From positions 34,784 to 98,783 of the IMG/VR virus record IMGVR_UViG_3300003322_000128: 64,000 nucleotides of DNA; one strand, given 5' to 3'. The position numbers and the translations under genes were made by a program. Under the pieces are notes generated by a model. That model did not search any database, had not been told where the DNA came from, and saw nothing but the letters and a program-made list of their open reading frames with translations. The DNA is from a virus. Below are positions 34,701 to 46,000 of this stretch, piece by piece. Numbering within the stretch: position 1 is the stretch's first letter; each line of letters opens with the position of its first letter.

Positions 34701-37700
34701 AGTTCAGAAGTTCAGGAATTGATGGTAAAGGTTCGTGCCCAGGTTGATTTCTCAGATGCAGAGAGCACCATGAGAGAGCAAATGCGCCAGTTCAAGGATA
34801 CCTTTAACAAGGTTGCCAATAACGAATTTGGTCAGGGAACTTGGGAAGGCTTTACTCGCGTATTCTCTGGTCGTGGAGATATTAACAAGAATGCTGCTGA
34901 ACGTGGTAAGGGAATGGCTGAGGAATTTTGGACGGGATTCCAGGCACAAACAACACAGTCAGAAAAGAAGGATTACTTCAGTAAGTTCTTCAAGTCTGTA
35001 GAGGCCGAACAGCATGAGGCTTGGGGTCGTCTTGGTAATTCTAACCGTAAGGACCTTCAGAAGGTTGGTATTGACTCATGGCAGGAATTTGCTCAGGCTT
35101 ACACAGACGCTCAGAACATGACTGATGTGGAGTTTAAGTTTGCGTGGGGTGATGGTGATATTGAGCAGGCAAAGAAGGTTAAGGCAGCTTTGAACGGTCT
35201 TGGTTCAGAGACAACCCGATATGCCGAGAAGCACATTGATGCGGAGAAGTATATTGCTCAGGCTATTGCTAAGAAGAATAACATGTCTGATGAAGATATC
35301 AAGCGTGTCCACACCCTTGCTGACCTTTATAACATTCTTGATATGTCGTTCTCAACAGTAACTGAGGCACAAAAGGGTTACAACGAAGCAATCATGAACT
35401 ACAATAGACAAGGTACAAAATTGTCTAAGGATGAGCAGCTTCGTATCCTTAACATCTATCGTGCAAATGCTGGGTTGACAAAGGCTACCAGTATTGAGCA
35501 GGGATTTGGAGATGCAGTTGACTCCGTAACCGGAAAGGTTAAGGAGAATGGACAGGCCATGGAAAATTCTGTGGCAAGCATCGACGAATGGGCTAGCGCC
35601 AGACAGAAGGCTATGTCTGGGGCTCAGGATTATGCATTCCAGGCCGCTGAGGATATTTGGCAGGAGAAGGCGGATGCGGAAACTGATGCTATTGAAAAGC
35701 GGGGTCAGCAAAGAGAGGATGCTTTGGATGACCAGGCTGAGCGTCAGGATAAGCGTTTTGATGATAGAGCTGATGCGGCGGATAAGAGATTCGACAGGCG
35801 TTCAAAGGCTCTTGATAAGCGCTGGGACAAGATTGATGAAGATTTCGATAACAGGTGGGATGCTCGTCTAAAGAGAGAAGAGGACGCCTATAACAAGAAG
35901 ATTGACAACATCAAGAAGACAATGGATGCTGAAGAGAAGGCTGAGGAGCAGCGTCAGAAGATTTTCGAGGCTGAAAAGACACGTCTCGAAAGAATGGCGT
36001 CCATGGCAAATTCTCAGATTGACTTCAATGTTGCTGTAAATACTGGAAATCTTGATGAGGCTGCAAAGATTGCTAATACTATGCAGTCTACAGAAGCTGG
36101 TTGGTCTCTTGATGATGCGGCGGCCTCTAGTCAGTCTCAGTCTGATGCTCGTAAGGAGCAAATGCAGGGACAGATTGATACCCTTGAGGCAGCACGAGAT
36201 AAGCGTATTGATGACCTAAAGAAGGTTGAGGAGGCTGAAAAGAAGGCTCTTCAGGATAAGAAGGAGCGTGAACAGGAAGCTCTTCAGGCTGAGCGTGAGC
36301 GCTATAACAAGGCTTTGGAAGCAGAGCGTGAACGTTACCGTAAGGGAATTGAAGCACAAAAGAAGGCTATTCAGGAGCAAACTCAGCGTGATACTGAGGC
36401 TAAGCGTAAGGAGCTAGAGCGTCAGAAGAAGACGCTTGAGCTTGAACTTTTGGCAATTCGTGCATCTGTTCCACGTAATAAGAAGGAATATGATGCGCAA
36501 ATCAAGACTATTGAAAAGATGTACTCCAAGTATGGTGTAAATCTTAAGGCTCAGGGTAACCAGTGGTCAAAGATTATTGGTGATGGTCTAACTGCTCATA
36601 TTAAGGAAGCTTCTGCCGACCTTCAGAATGAAATCAAGTGGAAGAACATTGGTAATGCCGTAACTCAGAAGATGGTTGACGGTGGATTCAACATGTCTAC
36701 CGCAGAATTTATGAAGTGGGTTACCACAGGTGAGCTTCCAAAGAAGTACAGTGCACCTGCTAAGCCAAAGACCCGCCACACTGGTGGTCCGGTAAATGGT
36801 TCTTCTAAGTATGACAATCGTGGTGGACGTAACTGGGGAACGGGTCTTCGTCGTGATGAGTCAATGATGCTTCTGAAGAATGACGAGTATGTTCTTAATG
36901 GAAAGGCTCACAAGGCTCTTGGTACTGACTACCTAGATAATATCAATAAGACTGGTGGTCGTGGAACTGGTGGAATTGGTGGCGCTGGACTTGGTCTAGT
37001 GGGAATTTATGCGGCAGCAGCGGAAGGAATGTATGAAGCAGCGGCAGATGCAGCAATTCAGGCAGCCGGAAACAATGCCATGGGATTTGGTATTGACGGA
37101 ATGGCTATTGCTGGTAAGGCTGGAACATACGGCGGGGTTCCGCTAACAGCCACACAGCTTCAGAATGCAGCTACCATTATTGGTGTAGGTAAGGGAATGG
37201 GTGCAACTACAAATGACCTTATCGTTTCCCTTATGACTGCAATGCAGGAGTCTACTCTTCGTAATCTGAATTATGGTGACCGTGACTCTTTGGGTCTGTT
37301 CCAGCAGCGTCCTTCTCAGGGTTGGGGTACTCCTCAGCAGATTATGAATCCTTCATATGCTGCACGTAAGTTCTTTGAGCACTTGCTAGCAATGAAGGGC
37401 CGAAATAAGTTGAGTCTAACACAGCAGGCTCAAAGAGTTCAGCGTTCTGCATTCCCTGAGGCTTATGCAAAGTGGGAGGCAATGGCACGTCAGGTTGTTG
37501 CTGGAACTTCGTTCCAGCCGTTTGCTGGTTTGACAGGCGGAGGAAAGGTTCGTCCTGTTAATGGGCCGGTTTCTCGTGACTACGCTCATCACACTAATTT
37601 GCCAAGAGCTACAGACTTCGGTGTTGGTGTCGGTACTCCAGTTCGTTCAGCTATGAATGGACAGGTTATTACCTCTGCCGACCTTAAGGGTCCGGGCGGA

Positions 37701-38174
37701 TATCGTTCGTATGGTCGATACATTGTTGTTGCAAATGGTGCTGAGAAGACTCTGTATGCTCACCTTTCTCAGAGAGGTGTTCGTGCTGGACAGACTGTTA
37801 GGGCTGGACAGCTAATTGGTTATTCTGGTAACACAGGTAATTCAACTGGTCCTCACCTTCACTTTGAGACATGGCGTAATGGAAAGACTTTGCCACCAGG
37901 CCCATTTGGAATTCCGGGAATGAGAAAGGGCGGGTTTACTTTGAGCGATGGTTACGCGAAGTTGCACGCAAAGGAAGCTGTTCTCACAGCACCATTGACT
38001 GACCAGCTTAAGTCTGGAATCCAGAAGATTGACCAGGGCATTAATAACGATTATAATGTAAATGTGAACTTTTATGGACCAGTCAGCTCAGATGTTGACG
38101 TAGAGAAGGCTGTAACGGCAGCTTTGAACAAGAGAGATAGTAAGCTAGGAAGAAGTAGGAGTGTTAAGTCATGA
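31794..38174 (+). CDS. Tape measure protein with C-terminal transglycosylase-like and M23 peptidase domains (start uncertain: ATA 31794 or TTG 31863)
   Basis: >2100 aa helical; AMQES...DSLGLFQQRPSQGWG; YAHLS...SGNTGNSTGPHLHFE. Confidence 0.93.
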   Translation: MENIQIRFSGSANFREVYGEVTRLNQQLQVMQRNMASGALSMSNVNDSRNSFRRAVSQIGDLAVQSVQARTATSVLTESIIKRDISLKQSMQVHKQFTNILKEQYALQRAMAVQWTTSTSGRVGADMIIPRGSTERIEAMTNSLAANSKAMARGLIGMGGLNEAWSVMRVRIGLTTAALGAASESLIKWGKNTQWAGRQLMVGFTVPLMAFGAVAGKAAYDVDAAMTRIQKVYDTTATSVMGKQRELDELRTQSMSMGVQVAKMYGQSLQDTLSLEADLAATGLKGQQLQQATVSVTRAATLGELDKQQAMKATIALQSVYGDSAEQLTKDFNYMNAIENATSLSMQDFVDAIPRGAGVMKAMGVDLKQMGVLLVALKQNGISAAEGMNGLRAASQRLLMIRPEGETEKSWKKLLPDAPTLKSIVDTYEGKFIPILQELGKQMEGLKPYQQQEMIARIFGVYQSNKIYGVLNGLVNKTGQVGTAYKIMAQDATTNSTIAQQELDKMADSASGKFKRALESIKAQLAVVGEPFLEVGSKILGFIGKLFDMFNAMPGALKKAMAGFIIGGAILGPIIMLTGLFANLMGQIVKLGGLLTGLLTRFRPLSIEQKAQAMLAERSTLAWSNQARAAQALSGQLSMLTSQMERMAIAQMQANGMAITRFGSTTPNYTTNVGGIGPALPTGQSPYRQTANGRYQNVTTGRFVSTQEMNAYAAAQAAGARSAQQAAAASTVTSRNWGRISLAMGGVGLMAATMMTASGSSGEIMNNISLALVAASMLGPMLVKAFRNAGIAAAASNVGAAFGLGSRAGSIAGRGAVGRFASGLSAAMRPALALSGVILRFAGPVGLLAGGAILAFKLYQNMKKGVETQKRINESAKDWADVLGFVYTEAGQVKDANDKIVSSIDAQVTKLKEKNAELVKSLQLAKDNEDTQNAINLAIAEGLKVKNHGGSAEDATSATELSLRAAGYKSSEVQELMVKVRAQVDFSDAESTMREQMRQFKDTFNKVANNEFGQGTWEGFTRVFSGRGDINKNAAERGKGMAEEFWTGFQAQTTQSEKKDYFSKFFKSVEAEQHEAWGRLGNSNRKDLQKVGIDSWQEFAQAYTDAQNMTDVEFKFAWGDGDIEQAKKVKAALNGLGSETTRYAEKHIDAEKYIAQAIAKKNNMSDEDIKRVHTLADLYNILDMSFSTVTEAQKGYNEAIMNYNRQGTKLSKDEQLRILNIYRANAGLTKATSIEQGFGDAVDSVTGKVKENGQAMENSVASIDEWASARQKAMSGAQDYAFQAAEDIWQEKADAETDAIEKRGQQREDALDDQAERQDKRFDDRADAADKRFDRRSKALDKRWDKIDEDFDNRWDARLKREEDAYNKKIDNIKKTMDAEEKAEEQRQKIFEAEKTRLERMASMANSQIDFNVAVNTGNLDEAAKIANTMQSTEAGWSLDDAAASSQSQSDARKEQMQGQIDTLEAARDKRIDDLKKVEEAEKKALQDKKEREQEALQAERERYNKALEAERERYRKGIEAQKKAIQEQTQRDTEAKRKELERQKKTLELELLAIRASVPRNKKEYDAQIKTIEKMYSKYGVNLKAQGNQWSKIIGDGLTAHIKEASADLQNEIKWKNIGNAVTQKMVDGGFNMSTAEFMKWVTTGELPKKYSAPAKPKTRHTGGPVNGSSKYDNRGGRNWGTGLRRDESMMLLKNDEYVLNGKAHKALGTDYLDNINKTGGRGTGGIGGAGLGLVGIYAAAAEGMYEAAADAAIQAAGNNAMGFGIDGMAIAGKAGTYGGVPLTATQLQNAATIIGVGKGMGATTNDLIVSLMTAMQESTLRNLNYGDRDSLGLFQQRPSQGWGTPQQIMNPSYAARKFFEHLLAMKGRNKLSLTQQAQRVQRSAFPEAYAKWEAMARQVVAGTSFQPFAGLTGGGKVRPVNGPVSRDYAHHTNLPRATDFGVGVGTPVRSAMNGQVITSADLKGPGGYRSYGRYIVVANGAEKTLYAHLSQRGVRAGQTVRAGQLIGYSGNTGNSTGPHLHFETWRNGKTLPPGPFGIPGMRKGGFTLSDGYAKLHAKEAVLTAPLTDQLKSGIQKIDQGINNDYNVNVNFYGPVSSDVDVEKAVTAALNKRDSKLGRSRSVKS

Positions 38175-38572
38175 CAATGACGTTTTCTAATCCAAGACTG
38201 ATGAGATGGAATGGTAATGCTATTACCGACCATAATCGTCAGCCTCTGGCAATTGATGTTGAGCGTATTGAAAAGAAGCAAAGAATGGCTAACGGAACTT
38301 TGCGTAAATATATCGTTGCTGACAAGCGTTCTTTTACTACGTCATGGAATATGCTTCCAAAGAATACTTCTCAGACTGTTGACGGATTCTGGGGGGCCGA
38401 TGATATTGAACAGTTTTATAATACTGTAACAGGCTCCTTCTCTCTTGAGATTTCTGATGGAGATGCAGAAACTTATACATATAATGTAATGTTTTCTGAT
38501 TTCTCGAAGACCATTTCTAAGCGTGGAAGTGTTGATTTTTGGGAAATCAATGTAAGTATGGAAGAGGTCTGA
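38171..38572 (+). CDS. Minor tail protein (distal-tail-like)
   Basis: Directly after tape measure; RMANGTLR. Confidence 0.8.
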   Translation: MTMTFSNPRLMRWNGNAITDHNRQPLAIDVERIEKKQRMANGTLRKYIVADKRSFTTSWNMLPKNTSQTVDGFWGADDIEQFYNTVTGSFSLEISDGDAETYTYNVMFSDFSKTISKRGSVDFWEINVSMEEV

Positions 38573-38573
38573 T

Positions 38574-41500
38574 ATGCAGTCGGGCTCATTGTTCATTCAG
38601 AACGCCCTAAAGGAGGGCGAGAACCTTACTCCAGCAGCACGTGTAATTGCTGAGTGGAATCACAATCGCTATACAGAAATCACCACAGTAGATAATTTTG
38701 GTCATGCTGAGGAAACCTATGGCTATGACCTTGATATGTATCCCATTGAGACTATTACGCAACCTCTTCGTCCAACGGCGGGTTTGTTGAAGGCTCGTGT
38801 TGGTGAGGGTGCTGTAGTTCAAGGGTATTCTGATACTCCTGGTGTTTATAGGACGTATACTGCTGACCCTGATTCAAAGTACAAGTACTGGACTGGTCCC
38901 TCTCAATCAAATACAACGCCTTATTCGGGCGGTGGATATACGCTACCCGAAACTGTTCAGCCGTATATCATCTACGCGAATCCTGTTTTGACGAACAAGA
39001 TTTATATTTGCATCGAGAATTCATGGGCCCGGCCACAGAAGTGGGATATTCAGATTACAACTAACGGGACTACTTGGACAACAATTGCTTCCGATGTGGT
39101 AACGAATAGCAAGGGTCAGGTCATCCTGTATTTGCAGGATGCTGGAACCACATGGTCGTCTACTGTAGCACGCGACTTTGCAATGGATATTAAGGGTATT
39201 CGTCTTGTTGTTCATTCAATGAGTAGAATTAATTCTTGGTTCAATCTAGTTGAACTTGGCGCTCGACTTGAGAAGGATTTGTCAGACAGAGTCGTTGATT
39301 ATTCCGTCAGCAATGAGCTTGGTGATACTGATTTTATTACTCCAATGGGAACCATTAGTTCAAATACTGGTTCTGTAACGCTGTCTAATTATGATGGCAT
39401 TTTTCATATTGACAACGTAGATTCTCCTTATTATGGGCTTATTGATGCCAATGTAAAGTTTACTATCGATTTTGGTATTGATGTTTCCGATTGGGGCGGC
39501 TCAGGGATTGAGTACATCAGACTTGCGACCATGTACTCAGAAAATTGGGGCGGTGGAGATGAAACAGTTCAGGTTCCTCTCAAGGATGCCTCAAAGTTTC
39601 TTCAGGAGATTAAGCCTCTCAAGGAACTGATGCAGGATGTAACCATTGGTATGGCTATTTGGCGTATGCTGGATTCGGTCGGGTTCATTGATTACGAATA
39701 CACAAGAAGCGCTGAAGTTGCGTCTAATAATATTGCATTCTATTGGACAGATGATGAGAAGACAATTTGGGACCATATTCAGGAACTATGTCGTGTCACT
39801 CAGTCAGCTTGCTACTTTGATGAACATGGAATTCTGCAAATCAAGACAAGGGACTCTGCTTTCAATAAGACAGCACCAGTTGTTTGGACTTTTGATTATG
39901 CTAAGAATGGGAGTAAGCTTCCTGACATTGTAAGCCTACAGGTTGGTGACAACTTTGAGGCAAACAAGGTTACTGTAAAATATCAGAAGACCACTCTTGC
40001 TCAAGATTCTCAAGGAAGGCCAATTTCTGAGGTTGTTTGGCAACCTGATGACACTATTGTTTTGCGTAGCTCTGCTTTGACTACTGCTATGACTAAGGAA
40101 GATATGCACTTCTGGATTGACAAGAAGGACGTTACTGATTGGCCGTATGAAGGTATGGTAAATATTCGTGGTGAGCTTATCAAGTATAAGGGTAAGGGAT
40201 ATCGCTATTATCCGGCCGGTGGTTCATATACTGGAAATATCAATGCTGATACAGTGTTCAAGGTAATCTATACCAGTGATGAAAAGTTGCAGATTGATAA
40301 TGAACTCTCTTCAGAGACTGATGGTTGGAGAAATTATTTCACTGGCTATATGAATGTTGAAGAGCGTGGTTACGATAGCACAACGGCGAAGGACTATCCT
40401 CTTATTCAGAATATTTGGTTGAGCAACGGGTCCTATTTTGGCAGTTCTGGAACGCAGAAGCTATGGAATGGTGGAACAAAGTTCATGCCAACCGATTCTC
40501 TTCTAAGACTACAGGCTACTGGAAAGAAGGCTACATCAAAGCATCTTTACACAGCACGGCGAGGTGACTGGGAGGGTGAAGCTCCAAGGTTCATTGGAAC
40601 CAGAGTTAAGTTTCCTTCTAACCCTAAGGGAAGTCAGTCAATCGGCGGGGTTTGGTTCTGGGGAAACACATCTCATAATCAAATGTATTGTGTAGATATT
40701 CAGAGAACGGCCACTTTGAACAGGAATCTTGGAAATGAGATTCAGGTTTTGAAGAGGAAGTCTGATGGTTCATTGACTCAGATTGGTGGGAAGGGTGCTA
40801 CATTCGCAATTGATTATGATAAGTGGTATGACATTGATATTGTTGTTTCTGGAACATCTAGAGTAACTGTTGCAATCAATGGAAATGTCGTTCTGAACGT
40901 AATTGATAGTGACCCTATTCCTGCTTCTGGTTGGGCTGGACTTTACGCTAGAGGAGATAGTGTTGTTGATTTTGAGTATTTCTACATGATGGCTGATGGG
41001 GGTATTCAGGAAACAGACCTAGATAATTCTTCATATCTTGATTTGATTCGCGGCGGTTATTATTCAAGTCAGTACTACAGAGACTTCGTAACTCGTACAA
41101 GAACATGGATTAGAAGAAGAGGAAAGAAAACGGTCCTTGACACTCAATGGTATGACCAGAGGTACTTTGATGAGTTTGGTATGCAGGTTCATGAGTATAG
41201 ACCTTATGACATTACCTTTGAAAAGTCGCCGGTTCTGTATTCCAGCCTATATGTGAGCAATGATAGCCAAATTGTACAGGATGAGTATATTCACAATCCA
41301 TTTGGTGCCAAGTTCATCATTGCCAACGCATCGAGAGTAAATTCTGTAGTTAATGGTGAAGACACATTGACTTTTGGGGCGGATAATCCTGTAGACCAGA
41401 AAATCATGATTATTGGCAGAACAGTTCAGCAAGCAGAAACAACAGACTATGTTGTACAGAATGATGTAGCAATTCGTGCTCGTGGTGAGATTGCTATTGA

Positions 41501-41762
41501 ATTCTCCTCTCCTTGGATTCAGTCTGAGGCAACAGCTAAGGCTCTCGGAGACTGGATTGTCGAAAACTGGGGTTCTCCTGCTGACCAAGTTGAGCTAGAA
41601 GTCTTTGGAAATCCCCTTCTACAAATTGGTGATATTGTGGCAATCAACTATTCCCCTAGGGATATGACTGAGTCTACACATAAGTATTTCGTTGTTTCAG
41701 TTGACCAGAATTGGGAAGCTGGGCTTACAACTACATTGACTTTGCGTAGAGCAAGAATTTGA
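38574..41762 (+). CDS. Large minor tail/hub protein
   Basis: YFDEHGILQI, GNPLLQIGDIV. Confidence 0.85.
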   Translation: MQSGSLFIQNALKEGENLTPAARVIAEWNHNRYTEITTVDNFGHAEETYGYDLDMYPIETITQPLRPTAGLLKARVGEGAVVQGYSDTPGVYRTYTADPDSKYKYWTGPSQSNTTPYSGGGYTLPETVQPYIIYANPVLTNKIYICIENSWARPQKWDIQITTNGTTWTTIASDVVTNSKGQVILYLQDAGTTWSSTVARDFAMDIKGIRLVVHSMSRINSWFNLVELGARLEKDLSDRVVDYSVSNELGDTDFITPMGTISSNTGSVTLSNYDGIFHIDNVDSPYYGLIDANVKFTIDFGIDVSDWGGSGIEYIRLATMYSENWGGGDETVQVPLKDASKFLQEIKPLKELMQDVTIGMAIWRMLDSVGFIDYEYTRSAEVASNNIAFYWTDDEKTIWDHIQELCRVTQSACYFDEHGILQIKTRDSAFNKTAPVVWTFDYAKNGSKLPDIVSLQVGDNFEANKVTVKYQKTTLAQDSQGRPISEVVWQPDDTIVLRSSALTTAMTKEDMHFWIDKKDVTDWPYEGMVNIRGELIKYKGKGYRYYPAGGSYTGNINADTVFKVIYTSDEKLQIDNELSSETDGWRNYFTGYMNVEERGYDSTTAKDYPLIQNIWLSNGSYFGSSGTQKLWNGGTKFMPTDSLLRLQATGKKATSKHLYTARRGDWEGEAPRFIGTRVKFPSNPKGSQSIGGVWFWGNTSHNQMYCVDIQRTATLNRNLGNEIQVLKRKSDGSLTQIGGKGATFAIDYDKWYDIDIVVSGTSRVTVAINGNVVLNVIDSDPIPASGWAGLYARGDSVVDFEYFYMMADGGIQETDLDNSSYLDLIRGGYYSSQYYRDFVTRTRTWIRRRGKKTVLDTQWYDQRYFDEFGMQVHEYRPYDITFEKSPVLYSSLYVSNDSQIVQDEYIHNPFGAKFIIANASRVNSVVNGEDTLTFGADNPVDQKIMIIGRTVQQAETTDYVVQNDVAIRARGEIAIEFSSPWIQSEATAKALGDWIVENWGSPADQVELEVFGNPLLQIGDIVAINYSPRDMTESTHKYFVVSVDQNWEAGLTTTLTLRRARI

Positions 41763-41801
41763 TAATTTGACTTTCATTTGACTGAAAGATATAATTACAT
41801 T

Positions 41802-42185
41802 ATGAGTCAGATTTCCACAGCAAATGTCATTAAGACCCCAGAGGTCGTTCTTCATCCGGCGTTCTTTTTGCCACCGGATGTTGTTGATATTCGTGTTTCC
41901 GATACATCGGACCCATCTGAGGAAGATGGCGTAACGTTTGATGATGTAATCGATGCTGATGATGTAATTGATGGCTCTGCCGACGATGGTGGTATCTCTG
42001 ATACCCCAAACATTCCTACAGACGATGATGGTGAGGGAGTAGAAGTGCTCCCTACACCACAATGGATGAACATTATTAGTCAGCAGGTAAGAATCGCCCC
42101 GGATGGTAAAGCAGTTGTTGATGTTGTAATCGAGCTTGAAGACGTAACCGGAGCATCAGAATACGACGTAAGGATTACCAAGTGA
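41802..42185 (+). CDS. Acidic minor tail protein
   Basis: Likely leaderless ATG 6 nt after TATAAT. Confidence 0.75.
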   Translation: MSQISTANVIKTPEVVLHPAFFLPPDVVDIRVSDTSDPSEEDGVTFDDVIDADDVIDGSADDGGISDTPNIPTDDDGEGVEVLPTPQWMNIISQQVRIAPDGKAVVDVVIELEDVTGASEYDVRITK

Positions 42186-43078
42186 GAGGCATCTACCGAT
42201 TTTATCAGAATAATGAGCTTATTGCAGAACATGAAAACCTCATTACCACAGAAGGTAAGAGGCTTATTTTGCGCTATCTTGCCGGACAATCACCTTCTCT
42301 AGGTGCTGCGATTGGTTTGGGAGTTTCCGGAGTTGCGGCAACTTCAGCCGATACCATTCTTGGGTTTGAAATTGACAGAGTTGCTGTCGATTTGAAGAAT
42401 GCAGACTATGTAAACAATGTTGTTTTGTTCAAGGGAACAATCGAGCAGGATGCTGCTTTCAGCATTTATGAGGCGGGTTTGTGGAGCACCGCGACAAATG
42501 ATTTGAGTGGAGAATTCGACTCAAGACTTATGACGACTTTTGATTCTGACCTTGAAGCATGGACAAACATCACTCTAGATTCTTCAGTTGCAAGAACAGG
42601 TCCGGATGCTGCAAAGGTAAGTGCCGGGTCAAGCGCAACCACATCCCCAAGACTAGATGTTGATATGGATTTGTCTGGTTATTCAGCAAATGACACATTC
42701 TATCTAGCATTCAGCAAGCCGAATAATAACATTGCATCAATTAAGCTGATTTTTGAGGACACATCAACCGGTGGGTCTTTTTCCCTGACAAAGACTGTAT
42801 CTTCTCTTCCTACGGGCTATAACATTCTAGCTTTTAGAAAGGGAGATTTTGTTGTATCTGGAACAATCAGTTGGGACAGCATTACTCGTTTCGGATTTGA
42901 TGTAACAGCCACAGCAACGGCGGGCTATGTTATTTTGGACGGGCTAAGAATTGAAGACCTAGATACAGTGAATCAGAATTTCGTTCTTGTATCACATACA
43001 GTATTGTCTTCTCCATTGGTAAAGTCAAGTACGGCTCCAATGGACGTTGAATATGCATTGGACTTTAGCGTAACATGA
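42182..43078 (+). CDS. Minor tail protein
   Basis: HENLITTEG, IYEAGL. Confidence 0.8.
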   Translation: MRGIYRFYQNNELIAEHENLITTEGKRLILRYLAGQSPSLGAAIGLGVSGVAATSADTILGFEIDRVAVDLKNADYVNNVVLFKGTIEQDAAFSIYEAGLWSTATNDLSGEFDSRLMTTFDSDLEAWTNITLDSSVARTGPDAAKVSAGSSATTSPRLDVDMDLSGYSANDTFYLAFSKPNNNIASIKLIFEDTSTGGSFSLTKTVSSLPTGYNILAFRKGDFVVSGTISWDSITRFGFDVTATATAGYVILDGLRIEDLDTVNQNFVLVSHTVLSSPLVKSSTAPMDVEYALDFSVT

Positions 43079-46000
43079 CAAGAATTCTACTAAGAGACCT
43101 TGAGCCAGGAAGGCTCTATCGAATTCAGGCCAGAGCAAATAATGGTGATGACACCTCTCAGTGGTCACAACTCTGGGACCTTCAGACAACCAGCGATATT
43201 ATGCCACCAGCCGCACCTACCAGTCTTTCTTGGACTGTTGAGGGTACGGCTTTTAAGGCTGTCTGGACAGGGCCAACAACAAATCAAGATGGTAGCACTC
43301 TAAAGGATTTCAAAGACTTTCAAGTAAAGGTTTTCTCTCCAGCAGCACCTTCTACTATTGCTACATATTATACTCCAGCAGCTAGATTTGATTTCCCATT
43401 TGAAATGAACGTCAATGCTCTTGGAACCCCTCGCGCTCAGGTAACAATTGAGGTAAGAGCACGTGATAATTCGGGGAATCTTTCTTCGGCGGCAACATCA
43501 ACTGTTTCAAATCCTGCCCCGGCCAATGTGACGGGTTTCACGGCAACTGGAGTAACAGACTCCATCGCTTTGTCATGGAATCAGAATACAGACACTGACC
43601 TAAAGTATTATCAGGTTTATCAGGGAACTGCGCTTGGTGCAGAAAATACTTTGGTATATACAGGATTGGGCAATTCATATAAGTTCGATACACTGTCAAC
43701 AAATCCACAGTACTTCAAGATTTATGCGGTTGACGTATTTAATACACAGTCAGCAACTGCGGCACAAGCCAACGCAACCGCACGAAGCTCCATTGGTGTT
43801 GATGTGACTCCACCAGCAGCACCTACAGGAGTTACGGTTTCTTCTGCTCTTGATACTTCTGACGCTTCTGGTGGAAGAGCTTATATCGATGTTTCTTGGA
43901 CAGGTGTAGCAGATACAGACCTACAGAATTATAGTGTTCGTTATAGTACTGGAACTACTTGGGAATACACTAATGTCCCAGATGGCGTTACTAATGCTCG
44001 AATCAATGGTCTGCGTCCGGGTACTGCATATAATGTTGCTGTTGCAGCAGTAGACTTCCAAGGAAATTCTAGCGCATACACAAATGCAGGAACGTATCCA
44101 ATTACGACAACTTCAGATACAACAGCCCCCGCCGCTCCAACTGGAGTGACTGTGGGTGCCGGTGTAACTACAATGACGGTTTTCTGGAATGAGAATACCG
44201 AGAATGATGTAAAGAATGGCATTGGATTCTATGAAGTACAACTAGATACAGTTAATACATTTAACTCAGGTAACCTTATCACAAAGAGAGTGACTGCTAC
44301 AATTACTTCATTCTCAAACCTTACTTCAAATACAACATATTATACAAGAGTGAGGGCTTATGATGCATCTGCCAATGCAAGCTCATATTCTTCAATTGTA
44401 TCTGGAACTCCGCGTTATGTAGCCAATGCTGATATTCAGGCAGGTACTATCAATGGTGACAGAATTACCGCTGCAACCATTAATGGTGACAGAGTTATCG
44501 CAAACAGCCTTGATGCAAATACAATCAAGGCTAATACGACATTCTCTCAGAACTTGACTGTTGGTTCAACCTTCACAATTGGTACCAGCGGAATTATGCA
44601 GAGCGCGAATTATTCCGCTGGCGTTGCGGGCTGGCAGCTAACTAACAGCACGCTAGAAATTAACCAGGGTACCATCAGGGCTGCGGCGCTACTCCTTCAG
44701 AACGGCCACAACATGCTTCACCCTGCTTATGCCGATTGGGAATTCCTTTCAACATGGTATTCAGGAAAGCTGGAAACTGTAACGCCATCTGGAACTCTTA
44801 CTGCCACAATCGTTGATTCGGTAACACAGGCTCCAAAATTTGGCGGGCAGTGCCTGAGAGTTGTGCGCTCAGGAGGTTCAGCAGGAGATGATTCAGACGT
44901 ATGGCTAGGAGCTAGCTCAACATCATACAATGTTGCTGTTGAACAGAACACTACATACATCTTTTCTGTATGGATTTTCAATGCTTCTGGTTCTGGTGCA
45001 AAGAATGTCCAGCTAAAGCTTCGCTCTAGTGATGGAACGTATCGTTCCTTTGACTCAATGTCATCAAGGGCGGCAAATGGTGCATGGACAAGATATTCTG
45101 GAACACTGACAACTGGAACATATAATGCAATTACAATTGGATTGTCTACAGAAACAGATGGAACGCTGTATTTTGATGGCCTTCAGCTTGAACCGCAATT
45201 GACTAGTTCTACATCACCTTCACCATGGAAGCCACCAAGTCAGACTACTATCGATGGTGGAATCATCAGAACTGGTTCTATTCTGTCCACAGCTTCAGCC
45301 AATGGCTTGGCTGGTCAACCAGCATGGTCAATTAACGTGTCTGGTGCAGCTCAGTTTGGTGATGCTACAATTCGTGGACGTCTTGTTGTTGGTGACCCAA
45401 GCAACCCGTCTGCTGATGGTGTTAACAGTAAGATTATGTCATCCAACTATTCGGCGGGTTCTGCCGGATGGGTTATCAGAAATGACGGATTTGCTGAATT
45501 CAATAACGTAACTATTCGTGGTGGAACTGTAGTTTCTGGTACAGGATTGTACTACAACGGAACTCCAGCGGCCGGAAACTTGCTATTTGCTATTGCTGCT
45601 GCTTCTGGAACAGATTCCTTTGGTAATACATACCCAAGAGGTGTCAGTGCTGGAGTAAGTACCGGGCCTCAGGTAATCATGAACACTAACAGTGGCGCCG
45701 GATTTATTCAGTTCCCAACACATAGGTCAATTGAGAACGTTGCCGGTAGAATTCTTGTTGGTGTTGTTAATTCTGGAGCTGTAAATGAGTATGCGTCGCT
45801 TCAGCTACTTGGTCCAACAGTAACAGGGGCAACGGACAGTGCAAGTCTTTTGCTAGCTTCACAGAATAATGATGGAAGCTCCAATGCAAATGCTACCATT
45901 GCCACTGGAACGTCAAATGTTACCATCGATAAGGACCTTGTTCGACTAGTTGGAAACCGTTTGCAAATTAGCCCCACTCCATCATCAAGTTCTGTTATTT